A DNA stretch of 64,000 nt from Desulfomicrobium sp. (lineage in GTDB: Bacteria > Desulfobacterota > Desulfovibrionia > Desulfovibrionales > Desulfomicrobiaceae): positions 2,996 to 66,995 of the forward strand of contig JAWLHW010000002.1 in NCBI GenBank assembly GCA_041690155.1. Reading direction: 5' to 3'. The notes under the pieces were generated by a model. The model was not told where the DNA came from and made no database searches. It saw only the letters and a program-made list of their open reading frames with translations. Below are positions 36,451 through 47,499 of this stretch, in pieces (positions within the stretch are counted from its first letter, which is position 1; every line of letters starts with the position of its first letter). Position numbers and translations under genes: made by a program.

Positions 36451-38385
36451 ATGAAAATCAAGCATCTGTTTTCCTGCATCCTGGTCCTGGTCCTGGCCCT
36501 TGGGCTCTCCTCCTGCAGCAAGAAAGTCGTGTATTCCACATCAAGCGCGCAAGCCCCCTCCAGCCTGCCTGGGCACAAGGCCGCAGACCCGCAAAAGGCC
36601 CTGGAAAGGTACACGAAATATCTTGAGTCTACGCGTGCAGGGGATCCCGGCCGCACCGAGGCGTGGCGCGAAGCCATCGGCAGCGCCGTTCAGCTGGGCG
36701 AATACGATCTGGCGGAAAAAAAACTGCAATCCTGGCAGGACGAGAACAAAACCGCCACTTCCACCTGGGACTGGAATCAGGCCAACGCCCAGTTGCTCCT
36801 GGCCCGCAAGGGCAAGGACGCCTACGCGAGCTATCTCATTGATCTCGTCGGACGCGCGGACCTGGACAAGACCACGCGCATGGCGGCCGGAATGGAACTG
36901 GCCGACCATTTCTGGGCCATCCCGGAATACGGTCTGGCCTTCGAAACCATGGGCCTTGTCTATAGGTCCGTACCGGACGACGGCACACGGGGGGCCTTGG
37001 AAGTTGATGCCCTGAACCGGGCGGAATCCCTGCCTGCCGGAGAGTTGAGCAGGATTCTGGCCAGCACCCTGGGCGCGGACCCCAACACTTATCCCTGGTC
37101 CATGGTGGTCTGGGCGCGGAGCATGAAGCTTTTGGCCGAGGACAAGGCCAATTGGGCCGCCGTGTGGCCCAGCCTTTCTTCCATCGTGCGCACCGGCAAC
37201 CTGGCCAACAAGGATTTCTTCGCCGGCAACCTGCGCGCCCTGGAGCAGGACCTGGGCGTGGTCAAGCAGAATCTGGTCCTGCTGCTTCCCCTGTCCGGGC
37301 CTTACTCAGAAGTGGGCTGGAAGATCGCCAAGGGTGCAGACGTGGCCTGGCGGGAGGGGCGGGCCCAGACCGAGGCGCCGGCCATAAAGCTCATCAACAC
37401 CGAATCCCCGACTTTTCTGGATGAACTACGCGCAGTCAGCGGCGTGCCCATCATCGGCGGCCCCCTGCGCAAGGAAATCTGGGGCCAGATCCGAATGGCC
37501 GGCCTGCACCGCACATCCAGATTCCTGACCTTCATGCCCAGCGTCGAGGATGAAGGCGCGGAGGCGTGGCGTTTCTTCAGCACCCCTGCGGACCAGGTCC
37601 GGGCCGTCATCCGGGGCTGTGAACGCCTGGGTGTGACGTCGTACGCAATCCTGCATCCCCAGGACCGGTTCGGCACGGCCATGACCGACATCTTTCAGGA
37701 ACAGGCCAGAATTCTGGGGGCCCGCATCTCCACGGTCAGGGGCTACGACATCCAGAACCCGCCAACCTGGGGCAAGGCCGTGGCAGCCATCCTCGGAGCC
37801 AGCGGAGCCAAGGACACTCTGAACCCCGATCCTCCCTTCCAGGCGGTTTTCCTGCCCGACTCTCTCTTCAGGGTGCAGCAGCTGGCACCGCTTTTCCATT
37901 ATTATGAAGAAACGCGGCTCATTTTTATCGGACCGCAACTCTGGGGACAGAGCCTGTCCGAGGCCAACCTGGAAACGCAATACTTCGACCTGACTCTCTT
38001 TCCCGGAGCCTGGGGGGCCGACATCTCCACCCAGAGCGCCCAGAGCTTGAAAAACAGCATGCTGGAAGGCGACGGGGAAGAAGCGGACATGTGGGCGGCG
38101 CTGGGCTACGACTTTGTGCGCTTCACCGCCCTGCTCGGAGGCGGCCAAAGCTCCGTCTCAGCCTTCAACCAGGCCCTTTCCGAGGCGGCCAGCCGCATGC
38201 CCTGGTCCCTGGCGCCCATGCACTGGGACGCGGGTCAGGCCACCCAGGACCTGTTCCTGTTCCAGCCGGCACGCTCGGGCATGATCAAGGCGGACCTGGA
38301 AAAAATCCGTCAGGCCCGGGAACAGAGGCAGATACGCCGGGAAGAACGCCGAATCCAACTTCAAAACAAGAAGCAGCAAGGATGA
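36451..38385 (+). CDS. LpoA/LppC-like lipoprotein (penicillin-binding protein activator family)
   Basis: Lipobox LSSC, helical N-terminus, periplasmic-binding-protein-like C-terminus LLLPLSG...IIGGPL...ALGYD. Confidence 0.72.
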   Translation: MKIKHLFSCILVLVLALGLSSCSKKVVYSTSSAQAPSSLPGHKAADPQKALERYTKYLESTRAGDPGRTEAWREAIGSAVQLGEYDLAEKKLQSWQDENKTATSTWDWNQANAQLLLARKGKDAYASYLIDLVGRADLDKTTRMAAGMELADHFWAIPEYGLAFETMGLVYRSVPDDGTRGALEVDALNRAESLPAGELSRILASTLGADPNTYPWSMVVWARSMKLLAEDKANWAAVWPSLSSIVRTGNLANKDFFAGNLRALEQDLGVVKQNLVLLLPLSGPYSEVGWKIAKGADVAWREGRAQTEAPAIKLINTESPTFLDELRAVSGVPIIGGPLRKEIWGQIRMAGLHRTSRFLTFMPSVEDEGAEAWRFFSTPADQVRAVIRGCERLGVTSYAILHPQDRFGTAMTDIFQEQARILGARISTVRGYDIQNPPTWGKAVAAILGASGAKDTLNPDPPFQAVFLPDSLFRVQQLAPLFHYYEETRLIFIGPQLWGQSLSEANLETQYFDLTLFPGAWGADISTQSAQSLKNSMLEGDGEEADMWAALGYDFVRFTALLGGGQSSVSAFNQALSEAASRMPWSLAPMHWDAGQATQDLFLFQPARSGMIKADLEKIRQAREQRQIRREERRIQLQNKKQQG

Positions 38386-38387
38386 GC

Positions 38388-38672
38388 ATGAAAATAAGCC
38401 CTGAAAAAGCCCTGGCCATTGCCACCCTGTCCAGGCTCGAAGTCAGTCCGGAGCAGGCCGCCAGCCTGGGCGCGCAGATGGATGACATTCTTGGCTACAT
38501 GGACAAACTCAACGAGCTGGACACCAGCAGCGTCGAGCCCATGTACACCACCGTCGAACAACCCGGATTCCTGCGCGAGGACGACGTCGCCAAGGAATTC
38601 AAGCGTGCGCAGATCCTGCTCAACGCACCGGAAAGCGACGGCGAATACTTCATCGTGCCGCGCATCGTCTGA
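38388..38672 (+). CDS. gatC: Asp/Glu-tRNA amidotransferase subunit C
   Basis: IATLSRL, LNELDT..VEPM, LREDD, NAP...YFIVPRIV. Alternative start at 38382. Confidence 0.94.
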   Translation: MKISPEKALAIATLSRLEVSPEQAASLGAQMDDILGYMDKLNELDTSSVEPMYTTVEQPGFLREDDVAKEFKRAQILLNAPESDGEYFIVPRIV

Positions 38673-38713
38673 TCCCGGGCGCATATCAGAACCGCTCCAA
38701 AAGGAAATTTTTC

Positions 38714-40180
38714 ATGTCACAGCTTTTCCATCATTCCCTGACCCGGATTCGCGACCTCCTGCGTGCAGGAGAAATCACCGCCCAGGAAGCCACGGCTTCC
38801 TGCCTGGAACGCATCGCAGCCACCGAACCCAGGCTGGATGCCCTCCTGCATGTGGCGGGAGAAGAGGCTCTGGACCAGGCCAAAACAATGGACGCACAGG
38901 GTCCGGACGCCCAAAAATCCCTGTGGGGCGTCCCCGTCATCATCAAAGACGTTCTGGCCACGGTCGGCATGCCCACCACCTGCGGCTCCAGAATCCTCGA
39001 GAATTTCGTCCCGGTCTATGACGCCGACTGCGTGACCCGGCTCAAGGAAGCCGGGGCCATCATCCTGGCCAAGTCCAACATGGACGAATTCGCCATGGGT
39101 TCGTCTACTGAAAATTCCGCCTTCAAGATCACCAAAAACCCCTGGAACACGGCGCGGGTGCCAGGCGGTTCCAGCGGAGGCTCGGCAGCCAGCGTAGCGG
39201 CGGGCCAGTGCTTCGCCTCCATCGGCACGGACACGGGCGGCTCCATCCGCCAGCCCGCCAGCTTCTGCGGCATCGTGGGCCTCAAACCCAGCTACGGCCG
39301 TGTTTCCCGCCGCGGCCTCATCGCCTACGGCTCCTCCCTGGACCAGGCCGGTCCCATGACCCGCACCGTGGCCGATGCAGCGGAAATCCTGCAAGTCATC
39401 GCCGGTCACGACCCCAAGGACTCCACCAGCGTCAACGCGCCCGTACCTGATTATCTGGAAGCCCTGAAACGGGGCGAATCCCTGAAGGGCCTGCGCCTTG
39501 GACTCCCCGAGCAGTATTGGGGCGAAGGGCTTTCGGCCGAGGTTGATGCAGCCTGCCGAGAGGCCGTCGATCTGGCCAAGTCCCTGGGCGCCCAAATCGT
39601 GCCCGTGTCCCTGCCGCATACGGAATACGCCATCGCCACCTACTACATCCTGGCCATGGCCGAAGCCAGCTCCAACCTGGCCCGCTTCGACGGGGTGCGC
39701 TACGGCCGCCGCAGCAGCCAGACCCAGGACCTTGCGACCATGTACACCCGCTCCCGTTCCGAAGGCTTCGGGGAAGAGGCCATGCGCCGCATCATGCTCG
39801 GCACCTACGTGCTCTCGGCCGGATACTACGACGCCTACTACAGAAAGGCGGCCCAGGTCCGGCGCCTGATCCGCCAGGACTTCCTGAACGCCCTGGACAA
39901 ATGCGACCTGATCTGCGGCCCGGCCTGTCCGACCACGGCCTTTGCCATCGGTGAAAACACGGCCGACCCGCTGCAGATGTACCTGACGGACATCTTCACC
40001 ATCTCCCTGAACCTCAGCGGATTGCCTGGCCTGTCCCTGCCCGTCGGGCTCGGCAAAGACACCGGCATGCCGGTTGGCCTGCAGCTCTTTGCCGGAAACA
40101 TGGACGAAGCGGGCCTTTTGTCCGCGGCCCAGATCCTGGAAGCGCATCTGCCAAAACTTCCCGAACCGCCACTTGCTTAA
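38714..40180 (+). CDS. gatA: Asp/Glu-tRNA amidotransferase subunit A
   Basis: [45 protein letters not shown]. Confidence 0.97.
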   Translation: MSQLFHHSLTRIRDLLRAGEITAQEATASCLERIAATEPRLDALLHVAGEEALDQAKTMDAQGPDAQKSLWGVPVIIKDVLATVGMPTTCGSRILENFVPVYDADCVTRLKEAGAIILAKSNMDEFAMGSSTENSAFKITKNPWNTARVPGGSSGGSAASVAAGQCFASIGTDTGGSIRQPASFCGIVGLKPSYGRVSRRGLIAYGSSLDQAGPMTRTVADAAEILQVIAGHDPKDSTSVNAPVPDYLEALKRGESLKGLRLGLPEQYWGEGLSAEVDAACREAVDLAKSLGAQIVPVSLPHTEYAIATYYILAMAEASSNLARFDGVRYGRRSSQTQDLATMYTRSRSEGFGEEAMRRIMLGTYVLSAGYYDAYYRKAAQVRRLIRQDFLNALDKCDLICGPACPTTAFAIGENTADPLQMYLTDIFTISLNLSGLPGLSLPVGLGKDTGMPVGLQLFAGNMDEAGLLSAAQILEAHLPKLPEPPLA

Positions 40181-40209
40181 CCCAGGCCGGATCTTCCGGC
40201 CTTTTTTAC

Positions 40210-41253
40210 ATGCATAAAACTGCGATCGCATTGAGCGGAGGGGCCGATTCCCTCATGAGCCTGCTTCTGCTCCGGGAAACCGGAGCCGAGGTCATGGCCG
40301 TGCACGCCCGTTTTCTGGGCGCGGATGACCACGCCCTGCATGAACGCCTGCGCAACCTGTGCGCGAAACTTTTTGTGCCCTTCCATCTGGTGGACCTGCG
40401 TCGCGAATTCGAGGAGTTGGTCATCACCCCCTTTGTGCGCGCCTATCAGTCCGGGCTGACCCCGAACCCATGCGCAACCTGCAATCCAGCCATAAAATTC
40501 GGCCTGCTGCTGGACAGAGTACGGGCGCTCGGGGCGGACCGACTGGCCACGGGGCACTATGCCCGCCTGGCTCAGACTCCGCACGGCACGGCCCTGTACA
40601 GAGGGCTGGATGCGGGCAAGGATCAGAGTTATTTTCTGTCCAGAGTTCCCCGGGAACGGTTTGGGCATGTCCTCTTCCCCCTGGCCGACTGGACCAAGAA
40701 CGCCGTACAGCAGATCTTGGCCGAGCGCGGACTTACCCCTCCCGCCGGGCGGGAAAGTCAGGAGGTTTGTTTCATCTCCTCCGATTACAGGGACTTTCTG
40801 CGGGAACGAAAGGCCCGTCTGGGCGGCCCCGGCCCCATCACGCTGGCCGACGGCACGGTCCTGGGCCGTCACGCGGGACTGTGGAACCATACCCTGGGGC
40901 AACGCAAGGGCCTGGGCATCGCCTACAGCCAGCCCCTTTACGTCACGGGCAAGGATTTCGCGCAGAACCGGCTCCTCGTCGGCCCCAAATCCGAGACCTT
41001 GTCGCCCGGTTGCCGCACGGGCATCCCCAACCTGCTCTGGCCGTTCGAACTCTGGCCCGATGAGGTGCTCGCGCAGACGATCTACCGCCAGCGCCCGGAA
41101 CCTGCGCACGTGACCGTGGACCAGACCGGCATGACCATCGCCTTTCCCGAGCCACGGGCCATGCCCACCCCCGGACAGGTGGCCGCCGTGTATTCCGCCG
41201 AAGGACAGGTCCTGGCTGGCGCGGTCATCGAGGAGGCCATTCATGCGGCGTGA
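40210..41253 (+). CDS. mnmA: tRNA-specific 2-thiouridylase MnmA family
   Basis: SGGADS PP-loop, TPNPCATCN (CxxC type), ATGHY, KDQSYFL, ESQEVCF, GQRKGL. Confidence 0.88.
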   Translation: MHKTAIALSGGADSLMSLLLLRETGAEVMAVHARFLGADDHALHERLRNLCAKLFVPFHLVDLRREFEELVITPFVRAYQSGLTPNPCATCNPAIKFGLLLDRVRALGADRLATGHYARLAQTPHGTALYRGLDAGKDQSYFLSRVPRERFGHVLFPLADWTKNAVQQILAERGLTPPAGRESQEVCFISSDYRDFLRERKARLGGPGPITLADGTVLGRHAGLWNHTLGQRKGLGIAYSQPLYVTGKDFAQNRLLVGPKSETLSPGCRTGIPNLLWPFELWPDEVLAQTIYRQRPEPAHVTVDQTGMTIAFPEPRAMPTPGQVAAVYSAEGQVLAGAVIEEAIHAA

Positions 41254-42532
41254 ACCCGGGCAGCTCTTTTTCCTGACCACCCAGGGGTGCAAGGTCAACC
41301 AGTACGAATCCCAGGCCATCCGCGAAGCCCTTGTCGCGGACGGGCTCATGGAAACCCACGACCCGTCCCTGGCCGACATCGTGCTCATCAACAGCTGCGC
41401 CGTAACCGAACGCGCCGTGCTCGACCTGGCGAAACTGGTCCGGGGCTTTGCGGCGACGGACCCCAAGCCGTGGATAGTCGTGGCCGGCTGCGCCGTGGAG
41501 GCGGACCGGGAACGCATCCTGAACCTTTGTCTTGTGGACGAGGTCATCGCGCAAAAAGACAAAGCCGCGCTGGTCAGGATGGGCGAATCCCCGGCCCCAT
41601 TCCCCGCACTGTCCATCTCCGGCTACAATCGGGCCAGAGGGGTGATCAAGGTCCAGGACGGTTGTTCCCACGGCTGCACCTACTGCATCATTCCCGCAAC
41701 CCGCGGCCGCTCCGTCAGCCGCCCTGCCGCAGAGATCATAGACGAAGCCGGGCGCCTGTTTGAGGCTGGCATCCGCGAAATTTCCCTATGCGGCATCAAT
41801 CTGCGCCATTACGGACGGGACCTGCCGGAAGCCATGGATTTCTGGGATCTTTTGGCCGAGGTGGACCAGGCCCTGTCCCCCTGCTGGGCGGGGCGGGCCA
41901 GGCTGCGGCTGGGCTCCCTGGAGCCGGGCGACCTGAACGCCAAGGCGCTCTCCACCCTGGCGCAAAGCCGCCTCATGACTCCGCATCTTCACATCTCCCT
42001 GCAAAGCGGCAGCCCGGAAGTGCTGCGGCGCATGGGCCGGGGGCATTACGGGCCGGAGCAGATATTTGCCTTTCTGCAGGACCTGCGCAATATCTGGCCG
42101 ATCTTCGGTCTGGGCGCGGATCTCATCGCGGGCTTTCCCGGCGAAACGCAGGCGCATGCGGATGAAACCTTGGAGGTCATAAAACGCCTGCCCCTGTCCT
42201 ATGCGCACGTCTTCCCCTATTCCGAACGCCCGGGCACCCCGGCCGCGCTCTTCAAGGGCGCCGTGCCCGGTCACATCCGCCGGGAAAGGGCCAAGGCCCT
42301 GCGCCAGGAAGTGGCCCGCAAGCGCGCTGATTTTCTGCTTGAGTTGCTCAGGCTTCCAGCCATGGACGTGGTCCTGGAAGAAGGCGGCACCGGCGTGAAC
42401 GAATTTTATGTCGAGTGCTCGATCAGCGATGCGCCGCCGCAGGCCCGCGAACTGCTGCGTGTCATCCCGACGGGATTGACCTCCTCGGGACTAAAAGCCA
42501 GAATTCCTGAAGAGCACCGGGAAAGGACATGA
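41243..42532 (+). CDS. mtaB: Radical SAM methylthiotransferase, MtaB type
   Basis: GCKVNQYES, INSCAVT, VAGC, KVQDGCSHGCTYCIIP, HVFPYSERPGT. Confidence 0.85.
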   Translation: MRREPGQLFFLTTQGCKVNQYESQAIREALVADGLMETHDPSLADIVLINSCAVTERAVLDLAKLVRGFAATDPKPWIVVAGCAVEADRERILNLCLVDEVIAQKDKAALVRMGESPAPFPALSISGYNRARGVIKVQDGCSHGCTYCIIPATRGRSVSRPAAEIIDEAGRLFEAGIREISLCGINLRHYGRDLPEAMDFWDLLAEVDQALSPCWAGRARLRLGSLEPGDLNAKALSTLAQSRLMTPHLHISLQSGSPEVLRRMGRGHYGPEQIFAFLQDLRNIWPIFGLGADLIAGFPGETQAHADETLEVIKRLPLSYAHVFPYSERPGTPAALFKGAVPGHIRRERAKALRQEVARKRADFLLELLRLPAMDVVLEEGGTGVNEFYVECSISDAPPQARELLRVIPTGLTSSGLKARIPEEHRERT

Positions 42533-43092
42533 GCCTCCCGATGCTTCCCTTGCCGGGGCGCGCCTTCCTGTCCGTGCTGAGCGCCCGCCATGACGAGTTC
42601 TGGCCATCGCTTCGGCCACGCCTTGAAGAGATTCTGGGCCCCGTCGATTACGAGTCGCAGCCCATCCCCTTCAACCGGACAGGCTATTACGACTCGGAAC
42701 TGGGGACGCCCATCTTTCGGCACATCCTGTCCTTTGAACGCCCCCTGCCCCTTGATGGCCTGGCCGAAATCAAACTGGCCACCAACAGGCTGGAGGATGA
42801 ATGGGCGCAGGACGGCAGGAGGCTCTTCAACCTCGACCCGGGCTACGTCACCCAGGAGCGCCTGGTCCTGGCCACGGGCAAGAATTTTACGCACCGGGTA
42901 TACCTGTCCCAGGGAATCTGGGCCGATCTGACCCTTATTTTTCAGGGGGGAGACTGGCGCGACCTGCCCTGGACCTTCCCGGACTACGCCGCGCCCGCGG
43001 TCAAAACGCATCTGACCCGCATCCGGGAGATGTACAGGGACTCCCTCAAGCATTTAACATCATCAGAGGATACACCATGCCCAAAAGTATGA
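42529..43092 (+). CDS. DUF4416 family protein
   Basis: NLDPGY...LVLATGKNFTHRVYL..GIWADLTL, PWTFPDY. Confidence 0.78.
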   Translation: MSLPMLPLPGRAFLSVLSARHDEFWPSLRPRLEEILGPVDYESQPIPFNRTGYYDSELGTPIFRHILSFERPLPLDGLAEIKLATNRLEDEWAQDGRRLFNLDPGYVTQERLVLATGKNFTHRVYLSQGIWADLTLIFQGGDWRDLPWTFPDYAAPAVKTHLTRIREMYRDSLKHLTSSEDTPCPKV

Positions 43093-43958
43093 CCGGCTAC
43101 GGCCGCGCCAGCGTCCAGGAGGAAGGTTGGACCCTGTCCTGGGAAATCCGCAGCCTCAACAACCGTCATCTGGATCTGAAATGGAAGATTCCGCCCACCC
43201 TCTACGCCCACCAGAAAGAGTGGGAAAATCAGGTGCGCGGGATGGCCAACCGGGGTGGGGTGGAGCTCTTTCTCGGGCTCAAGATCAACAATCCCGAATT
43301 GCAATCCTTGAGCCTGGACAGGACCATGGCGGCCTCCATGCTGCAGGAGCTTGAGAGCCTGGCCACATCGATGGGCCTCCCGCACACGCCGGACCTGAAC
43401 CGCCTGCTGAACATCCCGTCCCTCTGGAAGGACTCCGGCAGCATCGACAACCCGCAGCTCATCGAAAGCCTGACCGAGACCTTGAAAAAGGCCCTGGCGG
43501 ACTGGGACGAAGCGAGGGTCAGGGAGGGATTGGCCCTGGAAGAAGATCTGCGTGTGCGCTTTGCGCGCCTGGGCGAATTGGTGGAGCAGATCCGCGCCCT
43601 GGCGGCCCTGACCGCACCGGAGCGTTTCGCCCAGCTGCAGGAGCGGGTCGGCAAGCTCATGGCTGAAACCGGCGCCCAGATAGACCCGGACCGGATGCTG
43701 CAGGAGTTGGCCACCATCTCGGACCGGATCGATGTTTCCGAGGAACTGACGCGCCTTGAGATCCACCTCAAAGGCATCGACGGGTACTTCAACCAGACTG
43801 AACCCGTGGGCCGCAAACTCGATTTCATGGTTCAGGAATGCTTCCGCGAGATCAACACCTGCGGCAACAAGAGCCAGAACACGAGCATCAGCCAATTGGT
43901 GGTGACCTTCAAGGCTGAACTCGAAAAATGCAGGGAACAGATCCAGAATCTGGAGTAG
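43077..43958 (+). CDS. yicC: YicC/YloC family endoribonuclease
   Basis: KSMTGYG, EIRSLNNRHLD, DVSEELTRL, GRKLDF..QE..REINT, REQIQNLE. Confidence 0.93.
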   Translation: MPKSMTGYGRASVQEEGWTLSWEIRSLNNRHLDLKWKIPPTLYAHQKEWENQVRGMANRGGVELFLGLKINNPELQSLSLDRTMAASMLQELESLATSMGLPHTPDLNRLLNIPSLWKDSGSIDNPQLIESLTETLKKALADWDEARVREGLALEEDLRVRFARLGELVEQIRALAALTAPERFAQLQERVGKLMAETGAQIDPDRMLQELATISDRIDVSEELTRLEIHLKGIDGYFNQTEPVGRKLDFMVQECFREINTCGNKSQNTSISQLVVTFKAELEKCREQIQNLE

Positions 43959-43961
43959 GCA

Positions 43962-44219
43962 GTGGAAAAGAAAAAACTCCTCAACATCGGCTTCGGCAAC
44001 TCCGTGGTCATAAGCAGGGTGGTGGCCATTGTCGGCCCGACCTCCTCCCCCATGCGACGTCTGCGGGAGGAGGCCAAGCAGGCCGGACGGCTCATTGACG
44101 CGACGCAGGGCCGAAAAACCAGGTCGCTCATCATCACCGATTCGAACCACTGCATCCTGTCCGCCATCCAGCCCGAAACAATCAGCCAACGCTTCACCGC
44201 CGGAGACAGTGATGAATAG
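43962..44219 (+). CDS. remA: DUF370/RemA family protein
   Basis: [28 protein letters not shown]; conserved yicC-remA-gmk order. Confidence 0.9.
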   Translation: MEKKKLLNIGFGNSVVISRVVAIVGPTSSPMRRLREEAKQAGRLIDATQGRKTRSLIITDSNHCILSAIQPETISQRFTAGDSDE

Positions 44220-44859
44220 CGCAAGCACGCATCCCGCTGACGCCAACGTGGGTATGATGCTCGTCATCAGCGGCCCTTCAGGCACAGGAAAAAGCACCCT
44301 CATCAAGCGTCTGACCGCAGAATTCAGCGCCTTCACCTTTTCCGTGTCCTGCACCACCCGCGCCCCCCGCCCGGGTGAGGTCGACGGCCGGGAATACCAT
44401 TTCCTGACCCGCGAGGAGTTTCAGCGCCGCCGGGACGAGAAGTATTTCGCTGAATGGGCCGAAGTACACGACAACCTCTACGGCACCCCGAGGCAGACCA
44501 CCAAGGACCTGCTGGCCAAGGGGCGCGACGTCATCTTCGACATCGACGTGCAGGGCGCGCGCCAGATCAAAAACAACATGGGCCAGGGCTGCTACGTGTT
44601 CGTTTTCCCCCCCTCACGCGAAGCCCTGGAGAAACGCCTGACCGGGCGGGGCACGGACAGCGAGGCAACCATCATTCGCCGTCTGGCCGCTGCCAGGCAC
44701 GAAATCTCGGACAGCCAGTGGTTTGACCACTGGGTCATTAACGACGAACTGGATTCGGCCTATCAGCAACTGCGCGCCATTTATCTGGCGGAAAAAACCA
44801 GGCCCGCTTACCTCGCATCCTGGCAAGTCGCCCTGAACCGTCAATGGGGATTCTCATGA
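44212..44859 (+). CDS. gmk: Guanylate kinase
   Basis: [38 protein letters not shown]. Confidence 0.96.
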   Translation: MNSASTHPADANVGMMLVISGPSGTGKSTLIKRLTAEFSAFTFSVSCTTRAPRPGEVDGREYHFLTREEFQRRRDEKYFAEWAEVHDNLYGTPRQTTKDLLAKGRDVIFDIDVQGARQIKNNMGQGCYVFVFPPSREALEKRLTGRGTDSEATIIRRLAAARHEISDSQWFDHWVINDELDSAYQQLRAIYLAEKTRPAYLASWQVALNRQWGFS

Positions 44860-45569
44860 AAAATGCGCCAGCCCTGGTTGTGGCTCTGGATTTTCCTGAC
44901 TCGGTCCCGGCGTTGTCCCTTGCTTCCCGTCTGCAAGGTGTCACCCCCTGGGTCAAGGTCGGCCTGGAGCTGTATCTGAGCGCCGGCCAGGATCTGATCG
45001 CCCGGCTCAAGGACATGGGATTTCTGGTTTTCCTCGACCTCAAATTCATGGATATCCCCAACACCGTGCAGGCGGCCACGGCCCAGGCCACGCGCATGGG
45101 CGCGGACATGCTGACGGTTCACGCACTCGGCGGACGCGCCATGTGCGAAGCGGCTGCTGCAGGCCGGGACCAGGCCCTTGCACCCGGGCAAACATCGCCA
45201 TGCATCCTCGCAGTGACGCTCCTGACCAGCCTGGGACCAAAAGATCTGGCCTGGAATCCGCACGCCGGCGAAGACGATCTTCGCGATCTGACCGTTCATC
45301 TGGCGCAAAGCGCCCAAAACTGGAAACTCGATGGCGTGGTCTGTTCAGGCAGGGAAGTTCGTGATATACGTCAGGCATGTGGAGCATATTTTCAGCTCCT
45401 CACTCCCGGGATTCGCCTGCCCGACGCAGACTCCGGAGACCAATCCCGGATCTGCACGCCGACCCAGGCAGCGCGCGACGGAAGCAATTTTCTTGTTGTC
45501 GGCCGGCCCATCACCAGAGCGCAAGACCCTGTGCAAGCAGCGTGGAACTATCTGGAGACAATAACATAA
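44856..45569 (+). CDS. pyrF: Orotidine-5'-phosphate decarboxylase
   Basis: VALD, KVGLEL, FLDLKFMDIPNTV, TPGIR, VVGRPIT. Confidence 0.96.
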   Translation: MKNAPALVVALDFPDSVPALSLASRLQGVTPWVKVGLELYLSAGQDLIARLKDMGFLVFLDLKFMDIPNTVQAATAQATRMGADMLTVHALGGRAMCEAAAAGRDQALAPGQTSPCILAVTLLTSLGPKDLAWNPHAGEDDLRDLTVHLAQSAQNWKLDGVVCSGREVRDIRQACGAYFQLLTPGIRLPDADSGDQSRICTPTQAARDGSNFLVVGRPITRAQDPVQAAWNYLETIT

Positions 45570-45587
45570 TTTCTGCGGGGGACGCCC

Positions 45588-46373
45588 ATGTCGGAAACAG
45601 AGAATCAACGTGCGCGGATCAAGGGGGTTTTTTCCTCTGAAAAAATTGCCAAGGTCGGGGCGGGGGCAACAGTTCGCAAGACCACGCAGACCATGTACTG
45701 GTTTGCCGAAGAAGACGAACAGGGCGTAATTACGATCCAGCCCCTGAACCCGAACTACGTACCCTCCGGACCCAAACAGGAAATTCCCAAAGAAGAATTT
45801 CTGGAACACTATGCACCCGAGCCCGAGTTCTATTCGAGCAAGGTCTACCCAAACATCCGCAAACTCAACCAGACCATAGCCAAGGCAGAGCGGCACCGGG
45901 TCAACGGCGACACCTACAGCGCGGAATACGAATTTGGAAACGCCCTGCGCGTTGATGAAGAAAACATCAGGGCCAGTTTCGGCCTGGGCCTGACCTATCT
46001 TGACCGCGGAGAAACAGGCAAGGCTGACAATATCTTCCAGCGCCTGATCAACATGGAAGCGACTTTTGAGGCCGAACACAAACACCTGTTCAATGATTTC
46101 GGCATCAGTCTGCGCAAAAACGAAATGTACGAGCAGGCGGTGGAATACTACTCCAAGGCTCTGGAGCTGTCACCGGCCGACGAAAACCTGCATTACAATA
46201 TGGCCCGGGCCTGCTTCGCCAAGGCCGACATCCAGAGCACCATAGAACACCTGCGCACGGCCCTGCGTCTTAACAACAACCTGGACATAGCCAAAAAATT
46301 TCTAGAGTACCTCAAGAAAAATAACCTGTTGCCGCAAAACATCTCCGGCGCGGAACCAAAAGTATCGGACTAA
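45588..46373 (+). CDS. Tetratricopeptide repeat protein
   Basis: TPR patterns FGLGLTYL, FNDFGISLRK..YEQAVEYYSKALEL.P.DENLHYNMAR. Confidence 0.85.
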   Translation: MSETENQRARIKGVFSSEKIAKVGAGATVRKTTQTMYWFAEEDEQGVITIQPLNPNYVPSGPKQEIPKEEFLEHYAPEPEFYSSKVYPNIRKLNQTIAKAERHRVNGDTYSAEYEFGNALRVDEENIRASFGLGLTYLDRGETGKADNIFQRLINMEATFEAEHKHLFNDFGISLRKNEMYEQAVEYYSKALELSPADENLHYNMARACFAKADIQSTIEHLRTALRLNNNLDIAKKFLEYLKKNNLLPQNISGAEPKVSD

Positions 46374-46401
46374 CACGTTGCATACCCGCCACGGAGGAAA
46401 G

Positions 46402-47409
46402 ATGAACAGCAGCACAGCGTCCAAAAAGGATAATCGACGCGGAATTGAACGTTTTTCCATGAGCGTCCCCTCGAAAGTGAGCTCTATCATGCATGACTAT
46501 TCGGACCAGGAGCTGGCGACGACCAACATCTCCGCAGGAGGGGTCTTTTTCGAAACCGGGCAGACGTACCCGGCCGGCACTGAAGTGACCCTGATCATCT
46601 CCCTCGATTTTGGCGGCATGAAGGCCGGCCACCCGCACTCAAGATTCCGGGTCGAGGGCACCGTGGTACGCACGGAAAACAACGGAATGGCCATCGCCTT
46701 TGATCCGGCCAAGGTCACCTCCATCCGCGTCAACACGGGCAGAAAACCTGGCCAGGCAGGGCCGGCCATGCTTGGAATCGTCGGTGACGACCCGCTCTTG
46801 AACGACCTTCTGGCCGCCAGGCTCAGTCAGGAGACCGGAGTCAGCTGCAGCCATTCCCCGTCTCTGCCCAGAATTCTTGAAACCGCCCGGCCCGACCTGA
46901 CCCTCCTGGACTGTACCGGCATGTCCATGGAGGAGCTCCTGCGAGAGGCAAATGGAGAGGACTCCCCGTTCATGTCCACATCTGTGGCTCTCTTTAACGT
47001 ACCGGAAGACCGCTCGCTCGAACTTGAAGCCATCAATTCCGGCATTCGCGGCATCTTTTTCCGCAACTCTCCGTTCAAGCTCATGGTTAAAGGTGTGAGC
47101 GCCATGCTTGACAATGAGCTCTGGTTCTCGCGCGAAGCCATGTCCGCTTTTCTGCTTGGCAAGCAGAACCGCCCCGCCGAGTTGAGCCCGCCGGAAGAGG
47201 GACAGGCCGAACTGAGCCAGCGAGAGCAGGAGATCCTGCTCATGCTCGCCGCAGGAGCCACCAACAAGGACATAGCGCAAAAGCTTTTCGTGAGCCTCAA
47301 CACCGTCAAGTCGCACATCTACAACATCTACAAGAAAATCGACGTGCCCAACCGGCTTCAAGCCTCGCTGTGGGCAGCCAGACACCTGGGGAACAGAGAA
47401 AATCCTTGA
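46402..47409 (+). CDS. PilZ domain fused to a VpsT/CsgD-like LuxR transcription factor
   Basis: PilZ RRGIERF and NISAGG; REC-like middle region ending GIRGIF...ELWFSR; LuxR HTH LSQREQEIL...GATNKDIAQKLFVSLNTVKSH; GGAGG RBS. Confidence 0.85.
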   Translation: MNSSTASKKDNRRGIERFSMSVPSKVSSIMHDYSDQELATTNISAGGVFFETGQTYPAGTEVTLIISLDFGGMKAGHPHSRFRVEGTVVRTENNGMAIAFDPAKVTSIRVNTGRKPGQAGPAMLGIVGDDPLLNDLLAARLSQETGVSCSHSPSLPRILETARPDLTLLDCTGMSMEELLREANGEDSPFMSTSVALFNVPEDRSLELEAINSGIRGIFFRNSPFKLMVKGVSAMLDNELWFSREAMSAFLLGKQNRPAELSPPEEGQAELSQREQEILLMLAAGATNKDIAQKLFVSLNTVKSHIYNIYKKIDVPNRLQASLWAARHLGNRENP

Positions 47410-47499
47410 GTTTCGCGCGCAAGTATATCAAGGACCAATCCACGCCAAGGGCCTTGCGTCCGGCTTCCCAGACACCCTAGACCACAGGTTTGAGAATTC

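Noticed and set aside
38388-40180. gatC-gatA without an adjacent gatB
   Set aside because: Split gat operons are common, and gatB is probably elsewhere in the genome.
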